64,000 nucleotides of DNA from Candidatus Aenigmatarchaeota archaeon (GTDB lineage: Archaea > Aenigmatarchaeota > Aenigmatarchaeia > QMZP01 > QMZT01), in assembly GCA_963726265.1 (NCBI GenBank), contig CAVSBQ010000002.1, forward strand, positions 320,001-384,000, in the 5' to 3' direction. The translations under genes and the position numbers were made by a program. Numbering within the stretch: position 1 is the first letter of the stretch; every line of letters starts with the position of its first letter. Positions 47,678 to 58,100 of this stretch are shown here, piece after piece. The notes below the pieces were generated by a model. That model made no database searches. It was given only the letters and a program-made list of their open reading frames with translations, and was not told where the DNA came from.

Positions 47678-47989
47678 ATGCTCGAAACGGTAAGCCTAAT
47701 CCTCATACTTGCAGGCGGCGTGTTTTCCGTAATCGGCTCGCTGGGCCTGCTCCGCTTCCCAGACATCTACAGCCGCTCGCACGCGCAGACCGTCGTCAAC
47801 GTCGGCGGGACGTGCCTCATCCTCATCGGCGTCATGCTCGGCAACCTGTCCTCGCTCATCTTCGTGAAGGCGCTGTTCCTCATAGTATTCATCTTCTTAA
47901 CATCGCCCGCTGGCACGCATGCCATAGCCAAGGCCGCCTATTTGTCGGGCGTAAAGCCGAAGGTCAGGAAGGACGAGTGGAAAGGTTAA
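47678..47989 (+). CDS. mnhG: Mrp/Mnh antiporter subunit G
   Basis: GLLRFPDIYSRSHA, LTSP...HAIAKAAY. Confidence 0.92.
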   Translation: MLETVSLILILAGGVFSVIGSLGLLRFPDIYSRSHAQTVVNVGGTCLILIGVMLGNLSSLIFVKALFLIVFIFLTSPAGTHAIAKAAYLSGVKPKVRKDEWKG

Positions 47990-48015
47990 AAACCAGCGAA
48001 CCAAAAAGGGTTATT

Positions 48016-49239
48016 ATGTTCGGCTTTCTGAAGAAAAAGCTCTCGGAATCGGTGGAGAGGCTCAGCGAGAAAATCAGGAACAAGGAGGAGCCTCCCAAAA
48101 TCCCGGAAGAGAGGATAGAAAAATCGGCAGCGAAAATCGAGGAAAGAAAAATAGAAGAGAAAAAATTCGAAGTCAGACCAATTCATGAAAAGCCGAAACC
48201 GGTAAAACCGGAAGTGAAAAAAGAACTACAGAAAACAGAACCTCCGAAAATGGAAGCGGTAGAAAGACGTGTCGAAAGGCCGGCTGAAAAGCCCGCTGAG
48301 AGAATAGTCGAGAAGCTGGCTGCAGTTGAAAGGCCGGCAGAGAAAGCGGTGGAGAAAAAACCCGGCCTGATGGACAGGCTGACCGGCAGGGTCTTCGAGA
48401 GGAAAATTTCTGAAGGTGATATTGATTCTCTTTTTGAAGAGATGGAGCTCGGCCTGATGGAAGCCAACATGACGCTCGAGACCATCGATTTCATCAAAAC
48501 GGAGATGAAAAGGCTGCTGGTCGGGAGGCAGCTGAAACGCGGAGATGTAGAGAAAGACGTCCGCGCCTCGCTTGAAAATGTCCTGCTAGAGATTTTCGAC
48601 CCGGGCAGCCTTGACCTGGAAAAGCTCGCCGGAGAGAAAAGGCCGATTTGCATCGTGTTCCTCGGCTTCAACGGCAGCGGAAAAACCACCAGCATAGCGA
48701 AGCTCGGCCAGTATCTGAAGAACAGGAAATTCGAAGTCGTGCTCGCCGCAGGCGATACCTGGCGTTCGGCGGCGATAGAGCAGCTTGAGGTCCACGGCAA
48801 CCGCCTCGGACTTAAGGTGATAAAACACAAATACGGGGCGGATTCCGCCGCCGTCGTATACGATGCGGTGGAGCATGCGAAGGCGAAGGGAGCGAGTTTC
48901 GTGCTCGCTGACACCGCAGGCCGCTCGCACGCAAACCAGAACTTAATGGACGAGCTGAAAAAAGTCGTGAGAGTCAACAAGCCAGACCTGAAAATCCTCG
49001 TAATGGACTCGCTGGCAGGGAATGACCTTGTCGAGCAGGCGAAGAAATTCGACGAGGCCGTGGGCGTGGACGCGATGATATTCACCAAGGTCGACGTCAA
49101 CGAGAAGGGCGGCGGGATGGTGTCCGCCTGCCTTGCCATAAAGAAACCGATACTTTACATCGGCGTCGGACAGGATTACAAAGACATAGAACTTTTCGAC
49201 GCCAAAAAATTCGTGAAGGATTTGATGGAAGGCGGATAA
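48016..49239 (+). CDS. ftsY: SRP receptor FtsY
   Basis: MFGFLKKKL start, charged linker, GFNGSGKTT, DTWRSAA.EQL, DTAGR, TKVD, GVGQ.Y.D. Confidence 0.95.
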   Translation: MFGFLKKKLSESVERLSEKIRNKEEPPKIPEERIEKSAAKIEERKIEEKKFEVRPIHEKPKPVKPEVKKELQKTEPPKMEAVERRVERPAEKPAERIVEKLAAVERPAEKAVEKKPGLMDRLTGRVFERKISEGDIDSLFEEMELGLMEANMTLETIDFIKTEMKRLLVGRQLKRGDVEKDVRASLENVLLEIFDPGSLDLEKLAGEKRPICIVFLGFNGSGKTTSIAKLGQYLKNRKFEVVLAAGDTWRSAAIEQLEVHGNRLGLKVIKHKYGADSAAVVYDAVEHAKAKGASFVLADTAGRSHANQNLMDELKKVVRVNKPDLKILVMDSLAGNDLVEQAKKFDEAVGVDAMIFTKVDVNEKGGGMVSACLAIKKPILYIGVGQDYKDIELFDAKKFVKDLMEGG

Positions 49240-49255
49240 AAACCAGAAAAATTAT

Positions 49256-52093
49256 TCACCGCTTCCAGAACTTCTTGGTTTTTGCGAACTGTTTTTCCGC
49301 CTGCAGAATTTCGTTGAGCAGCTCCTTGCCCTTGAAACCCTTTCTCAGTATCCTAGCCGCTGTCTGCGGCCCGATGCCGCGGCCTGCCAAGGCCAGCGTG
49401 GCGTCCTTGCCGTGACCAACGACGAGAGCGGCGGAATCGTTAATCATGCCATAATGCTTTTCTTCCTCGTCTGCAAGTTTTACGCCCTTTATGTGCTTCC
49501 TGATGAGCTTCTGCCCTTCGCTGACGTAGCGATGCGGCACGTAGCCGATAAGAATGGCGCCGCATTTCCTGCAGCGGATTTCTTCGGGAATGTTTTTCAG
49601 CGTCGAGGAGGAGAATATTTCTCCGCAGTTCACGCACACCAAGCCGATTTTCGTGTCGAGAAGGCGCTTCTCGAATGCCTTGAAAATCTCCGTGTCCGGC
49701 CTGTCGGGGGCGATTATCTCATAGCGTTTTTCGAGGCCGTATTCCCCGAGCGGCGAAAGCCCAGGCCTAAATTCAAGCTTTATTTTTCCTGCCCTGATGT
49801 CCGCCAGCGCCTTCTTCGCGCCTTCGACGTCGAGCTTCTCCTGGAATATCTCGTTTAACGCCTCGAGATACGGCGGCTGCCTGAAATAAACGTCTATTAT
49901 TTTCTTTACGTATGTCTTGCCGAAATCCGCGTCTCTGCTTATCATGCCGAAGCGCTGCGCGACGTGGATGAATCTCCATTCGAAAAGCTCGCTGGACGGC
50001 AGCGTGTTCTCAAGCGTGGCCTGCATGGTTTCCGGATTGATTGCCCTGAACATCTCAAGGACGTCCTGGTGCTGGCGGCCCGGCAGCTTGACTATTATCC
50101 TGTAAGCATCGGTTTCGAGTCCCACGGAGCCGAGCTTGTTTGTCAGCATGGTCGTCAGGACCCTTCCGAGCGTCTCGTTCACGAGCGAGCCGAAGGGCGC
50201 GTGTATCACGACGAAATCATCGAAATATTCGACCAGTATGTTCTCGTGGTCTGGGACGAAGCCGTATTTGAGCTGCTTCTCCATGGTCTTAACCATCTTG
50301 TCCGCGACGTCTCTCGTGACCGGGTATTCCGCGGCTATTTTTTCAATTGCCTTTGCCTTGCCCGCCCCTTTTTTCAGCAGAGCCGCGATTTGCCTGCGCA
50401 GGCGTCCGACCGCCTGGCTGACCTCGAATGGCACGGGGATGAGCTCGCCCTCCCATGCGGGTATCGCTGCCGACGCGTTCTCCTCGGGCTCGACCAGGAT
50501 TTCCTTTTCGCCCACGTCGACGATTCTCCACGCCTGGCCCTTGACGACGAAAGACGTGCCAGAGCGGCCATGGATAGCGACGAACTCCTCGTCCAGCGTG
50601 CCGACCGCCTTGTTGGTGACCATGTCGACAATCCTGTAATTCTTGACGTCGGGGATGGTGGAAAGGTTCTGGTAGTAGTAAAGCCATGCGGGCTTTCGCC
50701 TTCGAAGCGGCATGAAGTCGTCGAATTTCGAGCCGACCCAGATGTAGCCGAGCTTCTCCATCATTTTCGCCGTCTCCAGAAATTCCTCCTTCGTCAGATG
50801 TCTGAATGGATAGGCGCGCCTGATTATTTCATACGCTTTCTCGAGCGGGATATTGTATTCCTCCAGCGCAAGGCCGACTATCTGGTGGCCGAGGACGTCG
50901 AGCGACTTGCCATAAACGCTGGTTGGCTCTATCCTCCTTTCCGTGCCGAGCTTCGCTATCGCAGTCGCTTCAAAACAGTCGTCCGAATCCGTCGAGATGA
51001 CGATGCCTTTCGAGACCTCAGAAACCCTGTGGCCTGAGCGTCCCACGCGCTGGAGCAATTTTGAAACTTGCCTGGGCGACATGTATTGCAGCACGAGGTT
51101 TATGGAGCCTATGTCTATGCCCAGCTCCAGCGAGCTCGTGCACACCAGCGACTTCAGCTTCTCCTGCTTGAAGCGTTCTTCCGCATCGATGCGCACGTCT
51201 TTCGAAAGCGACGAGTGATGCGTCTCTATCGGCAGCGACGGCCTCATCATGCGCAGGCGCGATGACAGGACCTCGGAGAACTCGCGCGTGTTGGTGAACG
51301 TGAGGACGGAGCGGTTCTTTTCTATGAGCTCCGCAATCCTCCTGAGCCGCGCGGAGGTCTCGGGCCCGACCAGGACCTTTTCCGCGATGCCGTCGTCCTG
51401 GGCCTCGTGCCTCGGCGCCTCGACGCGTATGTCCATCCTGCCGTGCTCGACCGTGTTGATTATCTCGCAGGGCTTGCCTGCGGTAAGGAAGGCCGCGACA
51501 TCTTCGGGCGTTCCGATTGTCGCGGACAGGCCTATCATCTGGATTTTATTCTTGTCCTTGATTATCTCTTTCAACCGTTCAAGAGCAACGGAGAGCTGGA
51601 CGCCCCGCTTGTTCTCGACCAGCTCGTGTATCTCGTCGATGACAATCCAGCGCACGCTCTTCAGATGCTCGCGCATCCTCGACCCGACGAGCATCGCCTG
51701 CAGCGTTTCGGGCGTCGTAATGAACATGTCGCTGGGATTGGCGGCCTGCATGCTGCGCTCGTACTGGCTCGTGTCGCCATGGCGCACGCTCACCTCGAAG
51801 TCGAGCTTCTGGCTCCACCAGAGGATGCGCTTCAGCAGGTCGCGGTTGAGCGACTTGAGCGGCGTGATGTAAAGTATCGATATCGCTTTCAGGCCTTCGC
51901 GGTTGCGTATGAACTCGTCGAATACAGGGAGAAGAGCGCTTTCCGTCTTGCCCACGCCCGTCGATGCTATGAGCAGCGTGTTCTTCCCCTTTATTATCGG
52001 CGGTATGCCCTCGCTCTGTATGGAGGTCGGCCTGTCGAAACCGCGCTCCTTTATCAGGGCCTGCAGCTTTGGCGAAAACAACTTCCATACCAT
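49256..52093 (-). CDS. lhr: Lhr-family DEAD/DEAH helicase
   Basis: TGVGKT, PLKSLNRD, DEIH, LSAT, HHSSLS, SLELGIDIG, QRVGRSGH, C-terminal CxxC...CxxC. Confidence 0.93.
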   Translation of the reverse strand: MVWKLFSPKLQALIKERGFDRPTSIQSEGIPPIIKGKNTLLIASTGVGKTESALLPVFDEFIRNREGLKAISILYITPLKSLNRDLLKRILWWSQKLDFEVSVRHGDTSQYERSMQAANPSDMFITTPETLQAMLVGSRMREHLKSVRWIVIDEIHELVENKRGVQLSVALERLKEIIKDKNKIQMIGLSATIGTPEDVAAFLTAGKPCEIINTVEHGRMDIRVEAPRHEAQDDGIAEKVLVGPETSARLRRIAELIEKNRSVLTFTNTREFSEVLSSRLRMMRPSLPIETHHSSLSKDVRIDAEERFKQEKLKSLVCTSSLELGIDIGSINLVLQYMSPRQVSKLLQRVGRSGHRVSEVSKGIVISTDSDDCFEATAIAKLGTERRIEPTSVYGKSLDVLGHQIVGLALEEYNIPLEKAYEIIRRAYPFRHLTKEEFLETAKMMEKLGYIWVGSKFDDFMPLRRRKPAWLYYYQNLSTIPDVKNYRIVDMVTNKAVGTLDEEFVAIHGRSGTSFVVKGQAWRIVDVGEKEILVEPEENASAAIPAWEGELIPVPFEVSQAVGRLRRQIAALLKKGAGKAKAIEKIAAEYPVTRDVADKMVKTMEKQLKYGFVPDHENILVEYFDDFVVIHAPFGSLVNETLGRVLTTMLTNKLGSVGLETDAYRIIVKLPGRQHQDVLEMFRAINPETMQATLENTLPSSELFEWRFIHVAQRFGMISRDADFGKTYVKKIIDVYFRQPPYLEALNEIFQEKLDVEGAKKALADIRAGKIKLEFRPGLSPLGEYGLEKRYEIIAPDRPDTEIFKAFEKRLLDTKIGLVCVNCGEIFSSSTLKNIPEEIRCRKCGAILIGYVPHRYVSEGQKLIRKHIKGVKLADEEEKHYGMINDSAALVVGHGKDATLALAGRGIGPQTAARILRKGFKGKELLNEILQAEKQFAKTKKFWKR

Positions 52094-52142
52094 AATGACG
52101 CCGCTTATAATGTGAAAACTATTTTAAAGTGTTTTAAAAACG

Positions 52143-52685
52143 CTACTTCATGCCGAGCAAATCCGATTTAGTGATTATGCCGACAATCTTTCCCCTGTCC
52201 GAGACCAGGACGGCAGGATGCGATTCGAGCAGCGGAAGTATGACATCTGTCCTGTCTTTCGCGTCAACCATGGGAAACCCCTCTTCAGCGATGTCCTTTG
52301 CCTGAAGCTTTTCGAGCTTCCTGTCCATGTTGTGGAGCAGCGTCTCCTCGCTTATGCCGCCTATCTGCTTCCCGTTCTGTATCACGGGCATCTGGGAGAA
52401 ACCGGACGATTTCATTATCGCTATTACCTTCTTGACCGGCGTCTCCGGCCTCACGGCAATTACCCTGCTCATTATGTCCGCGCAGCGCTTCGCTACCTTT
52501 TCCTTCTCCGAGAGCACCAAAAGTATCTTGTTCACCGTAGAAAGCCGCGGGTCGACCTTGCCGTTCTCTATCTTCGCCACGTGCGCCTGCGAGATGTCGG
52601 CGAACTTAGCGAGCTCCGTCTGGGACAGACCGCGTTCCAGCCTCAGCTTCCTTATGGATTCTCCCGTAACTAGCGTGAATTCCAT
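52143..52685 (-). CDS. XRE-HTH + tandem CBS domain transcriptional regulator
   Basis: GLSQTELA...ISQAHVAKIE.GKVDPRLST; FSQMPV, GIITKSDLL. Confidence 0.9.
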   Translation of the reverse strand: MEFTLVTGESIRKLRLERGLSQTELAKFADISQAHVAKIENGKVDPRLSTVNKILLVLSEKEKVAKRCADIMSRVIAVRPETPVKKVIAIMKSSGFSQMPVIQNGKQIGGISEETLLHNMDRKLEKLQAKDIAEEGFPMVDAKDRTDVILPLLESHPAVLVSDRGKIVGIITKSDLLGMK

Positions 52686-52792
52686 TATTCTCACCGGTTA
52701 TAATTTTTAGCAATAAGATATATAAATCAATATAAATAGCGCCTCCATTATTAACTAAATTAAAAGTCTAAAATATGTTGAGGTGGATTTTT

Positions 52793-53974
52793 ATGGAGAA
52801 TGACCGCAAGAAGGAGAAGATATTGCTTACATCCGAGAGCGTGACCGAAGGACACCCGGACAAGATGTGCGACCAGATATCGGATGCGATACTTGACGCC
52901 ATATACAAGGAGGACCCGAATGCAAGAGTCGGATGCGAATGCGGCACGAAGAACGGAGGGGTCATGGTCTTCGGCGAGATAACTACATCAGCTTATGTTG
53001 ACATACCGCTTGTCGTGAGGAACGTGATAAAGGAGATAGGCTACACGAAAGCGGAATACGGCATAGAGCACGAGACGTGCACGGTCTGGGTCCAGATAAC
53101 CGAGCAGAGCCCTGACATATCGCAGGGCGTGACCAAGGAAAAAAGCATGTTCAAGGAGCAGGGCGCGGGGGATCAAGGCATGATGTTCGGCTATGCCTGT
53201 GACGAGACGCCTGAGCTCATGCCGCTGCCCATCATGCTCGCGCACAAGCTTACGATGCGCATGGCTGAGGCGAGGAAGAAGGGCGAAGTTAAATGGATGA
53301 GGCCTGACGGGAAGTCGCAGGTGACCATCGAATACGACGATTCGGGCAAGCCGCTGAGGGCGGATGCGATTGTCGTCTCGACCCAGCACGATGACGGCAT
53401 TGCTTATGAAACGATAAAAAAGGAAATGATAGAAAAGGTCATCAGACCAGTCTGCGGCAAGTGGATAGACAGCGAAACACGCTTCTTCGTCAATCCAACA
53501 GGGGCGTTCGTGCGCGGTGGCCCCTACGCCGACGCGGGCTTAACGGGAAGGAAGATAATTGTCGATACATACGGCGGCATCGGACGCCATGGCGGCGGCG
53601 CTTTCTCGGGCAAGGACCCGTCCAAGGTCGACCGCTCTGCGACGTACATGGCAAGATACATCGCGAAGAACATCGTGGCGGCCGGCATCGCGAAGAAATG
53701 CGAACTGCAGCTTGCGTATGCGATAGGCTACCCGGAACCCGTTTCAGTCTACGTGAACACGTTCGGCACGGGCAAAATATCTGACGATGATATATGCAAA
53801 CTGGTCAGGAAACATTTCCCCCTGAAACCGGCGGGCATAATCGAGCACCTGAAATTGCGAAGGCCGATATACAGGAAGACCGCCGCTTACGGCCACTTCG
53901 GCAGGAACGACCCGGACTTCACCTGGGAGAAGACTGACAAGGCCGCGAAACTCAGAAAGGAAGCCGGCCTGTAA
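52793..53974 (+). CDS. metK: S-adenosylmethionine synthetase, bacterial/eukaryotic type
   Basis: [44 protein letters not shown]. Confidence 0.97.
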   Translation: MENDRKKEKILLTSESVTEGHPDKMCDQISDAILDAIYKEDPNARVGCECGTKNGGVMVFGEITTSAYVDIPLVVRNVIKEIGYTKAEYGIEHETCTVWVQITEQSPDISQGVTKEKSMFKEQGAGDQGMMFGYACDETPELMPLPIMLAHKLTMRMAEARKKGEVKWMRPDGKSQVTIEYDDSGKPLRADAIVVSTQHDDGIAYETIKKEMIEKVIRPVCGKWIDSETRFFVNPTGAFVRGGPYADAGLTGRKIIVDTYGGIGRHGGGAFSGKDPSKVDRSATYMARYIAKNIVAAGIAKKCELQLAYAIGYPEPVSVYVNTFGTGKISDDDICKLVRKHFPLKPAGIIEHLKLRRPIYRKTAAYGHFGRNDPDFTWEKTDKAAKLRKEAGL

Positions 53975-54059
53975 TTTGCCCGCAATTTTTTCTTTGTTTT
54001 ATCTAATTCAAATTTGCAGAAACAAGAACGTTTAAAAATTAGGAGCGCGAATAAATCGT

Positions 54060-54962
54060 ATGGAAAGCGAAATTCTCGAGAAGTATGTGAAAGCGGGAAA
54101 AATCTCCAGCCAAGTGAAAGGCGAGGTCCTGGAAAAAATAAAGCCAGGCATGAAAATCCTGGAGCTCTCGGAGTTCATAGAAAGGCGCATCGTGGAACTC
54201 GGAGGCCAGCCTGCTTTCCCCGTCAACATCGGGCTTAACGACGTGACGGCGCATTACACGCCGAGGGCGGACGAAGCGACGGTGATAAAACCAGGCGACC
54301 TCGTCAAGATAGACCACGGCGTACACGTCGACGGCTGGGTCGCGGACATGGCTTATACTTATTGTTCTGAAAAAAGCGAGCTTATAAGGGTCGCAGAGGA
54401 AGCGCTTCAGGCGGGCATAAAGGCTATCAGGCCCGGCGTGAAGATTTCCGAAGTAAGCCGGGCGATAAACGAGGTTGTCGAAGCCGCAGGCCTCGGCGTG
54501 ATAGTCAACCTCAGCGGCCACGGCCTTGACCAGTATGTCATCCACGGCCTGCCGAACATACCCAACATCATAAACGATTCGCAGCACGAATTGAAGGACG
54601 GAGATGTTATCGCGCTCGAGCCTTTCGTCTGCGAGAAGAACGGCTCAGTCAGGGATTCGGAGCCCGCCGAGATATTTTCTTTTCTCCAGCCGAAGACTGC
54701 GCGCCTTCCAGAGGCGAGGGCGATTCTCGACCTTGCCGGCAACGAATACATGGGCCTTCCCTTCTGCAGGAGATGGCTTATGAAGAAAGGAATTTCTGCA
54801 TTCAAAACTTCGTTCGCCTTAAGACAGCTCGAGATGACCGAGGCCATAAGATGCTATCCCGTGCTCAAGGAACGAAGCGGCATGCCCGTCGCGCAGGCGG
54901 AGCACAGCGTGGTCGTGCTGGAGAAATCGGTTGTCATAACTTCCGGCATCAGCGTGGTCTGA
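54060..54962 (+). CDS. map: methionine aminopeptidase type II
   Basis: AFPVN, AHYTP, KID.GVHVDG..AD.A.T, NLSGH, LEPF, helical insert, QAEH. Confidence 0.95.
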   Translation: MESEILEKYVKAGKISSQVKGEVLEKIKPGMKILELSEFIERRIVELGGQPAFPVNIGLNDVTAHYTPRADEATVIKPGDLVKIDHGVHVDGWVADMAYTYCSEKSELIRVAEEALQAGIKAIRPGVKISEVSRAINEVVEAAGLGVIVNLSGHGLDQYVIHGLPNIPNIINDSQHELKDGDVIALEPFVCEKNGSVRDSEPAEIFSFLQPKTARLPEARAILDLAGNEYMGLPFCRRWLMKKGISAFKTSFALRQLEMTEAIRCYPVLKERSGMPVAQAEHSVVVLEKSVVITSGISVV

Positions 54963-55121
54963 AGTTGCAGAAAAAATACGCCGGTTTGGCTGCTGTTTAT
55001 TCCATTATATACATTACAGATAATATGCAAGATATAAATAGAAACTAAGACAATTATTTATCAGGTGTGTCTTGGAACAGCGTAACCTACACCTCCGAAA
55101 AACGTTATACGTAGGGGACGT

Positions 55122-58100
55122 ATGCATAAAAAGGTAATAAGGGATACTGTTTACTATTATACCAGCGTCCGTGAAAACGGCAGGGTAAAGACTATTTATC
55201 TCGGCAGGACCGAAGCAGAAGCGGTGAAAAGGGAAAACGAACTGAAAAAAGCAAAGAGTCATGCCGTTTTCAAGGCGGATTTTTTTGGCAGGAACATTCT
55301 GAAAACGAGGCCGGTTCTCTATCTTTCGCTGGCTGTCCTGGTCGTGGCCGGCCTTCTTCTTCTGAGGAACGGGTATGTAGGTTACGTTACTGTCAGCGGG
55401 CCGGATGTTTTCCTTCCGGGGGAAAAACTGAACGGCACCGTGAACCTGACTTTCTTCAGCCAGGAATTCTACCCCAAAGACACGCTGCTGGAGGTTGCCG
55501 TGGGAGAGCAAACCTTAAACATGAGCCTCGGGCAGCTGCTGCAGGCCGAGGCAGGGCTGTATGCCCAGGACGGCGAATATTACGTCATAGGCTCGAATCT
55601 CTCGGGCTCAGGCGAAGGCTTCGGAGTGCGGGGGGAAAGGAAAATTTTCCCTGAGGTTGCATTTTCCTACGGACTGTCATGCATCCTGCATCCTGAGAAC
55701 TCGACGAATGAAACCTATGCGGAAAACTATACCGGGCTTTTCAGCGGCTCGTGCTCGGCGAATGCGCCCTATTTCAGCAGGCTTGCGGAAAACCTGACAG
55801 ACTGTTCTGCCGCGCTCATTGCGGGAAGCGTTCATGCCGGAAACCTCAGCCTGGACGAAAGTTATGTTGAACTCAGAATCGAGGACGGGATGCTCATAGG
55901 CGAAACCGGCTATTACGAGACTGAAAGCGGCTACGGCGCCGGCTACGAAAGCGCCGTGGAAGCCAGCATTCTGAAAAATCTTGACGTTTTTGACATCGGA
56001 GTCCCTGAAACCTCCGGGACATACGTCCTAGGCGTAAGGCTCGTTTACAACAGCACCGTCCTGAGGGAGGCGCTGAAAAACATAACCATTTCCGAGCTTC
56101 CGCAGAACGAAACGCAGACCGAGAAGGAAGCGAATGCCACCGAAGTGGCAGTAGAGCTTCCGGAAATCAGCGATGCAGACAAGGACGGCGACCCTGACAT
56201 GACCGACTGCAACCCTTCTAACGCAGCGGTATATCACGGGGTAGCGGAGTTATGCAATGGCGTGGACGACAACTGTGACGCAGCGACGGATGAAGGGTTC
56301 GATTTCGACGGGGACGGCTATGTCACCTGCGGCGACAAGCTGGATTGCGACGACAACGATCCTGCCGTCCATCCGGGCGCGGAGGAAATATGCGACGACG
56401 GCAAGGATAACGATTGCGACGGGGCGAAAGACATGGACGACCCTTACTGCCTCTGCAGCGACAACGATAAAGACGGCTTCGACACGTGCCATGAGCCGAT
56501 TGATTGCGACGACAACGAGCCAAAGGTTAACCCGAAGGCGAAGGAGATATGCGGCAACATGATAGACGAGAACTGCGACGGCTTCGACAAGGCATGTTCG
56601 AATGCGAGGGAGATAATAGAGGCCAGGAAGATAAAGGGCGTGAAGGAAGAGGTGCTGAAGGACGTTGAAAGCGGCAAGGCGACGAGGCTCATAGTCAGGC
56701 TGAAGGACGCAGGCAAGAAAATGCAGCTCATGGGCAAGTTCACCCCCGAGGCCGTTGACGTGAAAATGAAAAAATACTTCTCCGGGATTTTCGTGGAGCA
56801 GGACCTCGCCATGATGCTGGACCAGTTCCCTGATGCAATAGAATCCGTCCAGGTGGACCACAGGCTCGACCTTTTTGCCGACGACGTGATAAACCACACC
56901 GGAGTCAACCTGGTCTGGGACATGAACCTGACGGGGAAGGGGCAGACCGTCTGCGTCGTGGACAGCGGCATCGATTACAATCACCCGGACGTTGCGGGCA
57001 ACTACATCGGCGGCTATGACTTCGTCAACGAGGACGCCGACCCGCTCGACGACAACGGCCACGGCACCTACGTCTCTGGCATAGTCGCCGGCATCGCCAA
57101 GGACTCTAAAATCCTCGTCGCCAAGGCCTTCAACGGCAGCGGCGCGGGCTACGAGTCCGACATCCTCGAGGCGATAGACTACTGCATCAATAACAGGGAT
57201 ACATACAACGTATCGGTCATGCTCATGGCCTTCGGCGGCGGAGAGTTCAACACGTCATGCTACTGCGACTCGAACCTAGTCGCGAACGAATCTAACTTCG
57301 CCGTCAGCCAGGGCATTTTCGCCGTCGCGGCAAGCGGCAACGACGGCGACGCTTATCTCAAGGCGCCCGCCTGCGGCACGAACGTCACGTCGGTCGGCGC
57401 GGTCGACGAGAACGACAGCGTGGCTGACTTCACGAACATCGAGCCGCTGCTCGACCTGCTCGCGCCGGGAGTGGATATCCAAGCCGCGAACATGGGAGGC
57501 GGCCACGTAACGAGAAGCGGCACGTCGGCGTCAGCGGCGATAGTGGCTGGCATTGCGCCGCTCATTTTCGAGGGCGAGGCGCTCGCCCCGTTAGAACTGC
57601 AATATCGGCTCAGGAGCACGGGCGCTCTCATATCCTACCATGAGACAATTTATCCGAGAACAGACGCCTATGCCGCAGCCACGGGAAGCGAGACCAACAC
57701 GCCTGCCGGGCAGCAAGGAAACCAGTGCGAAGGGACGTGGAAAGATTACGAGCCGCTTGCAGTAAATTGCTTGGCTGATTGTGAAAACTCGTGTTCTACA
57801 TACTGCATAAGGACGGGCTGTCAGGACATCTCGCAGTCCGGATGCTCTGCCTGCAATGCATATTGCACCAGAACCTGCAACAAGGCAACATGCCTCGCAG
57901 AATGCGCTGTCGATGGTGACTGCACCGCTGATTATTGCGCAGGCACATGCGGAACAGGCACGAACAGCTGCATTTGGAGGGATTATTATTGCAACACGGC
58001 GGCATGCACGGCCTGCTCGTGCACATACACTACCACCGACGCGGATGATTTATCCGCACGTTGCACCAGTTGCATGGGTTCGGGCTTCTGGAATCTAGGC

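Noticed and set aside
47458..49239. 593-aa extended FtsY
   Set aside because: The upstream part overlaps mnhF/G in another frame; MFGFLKKKL at 48016 is the typical start
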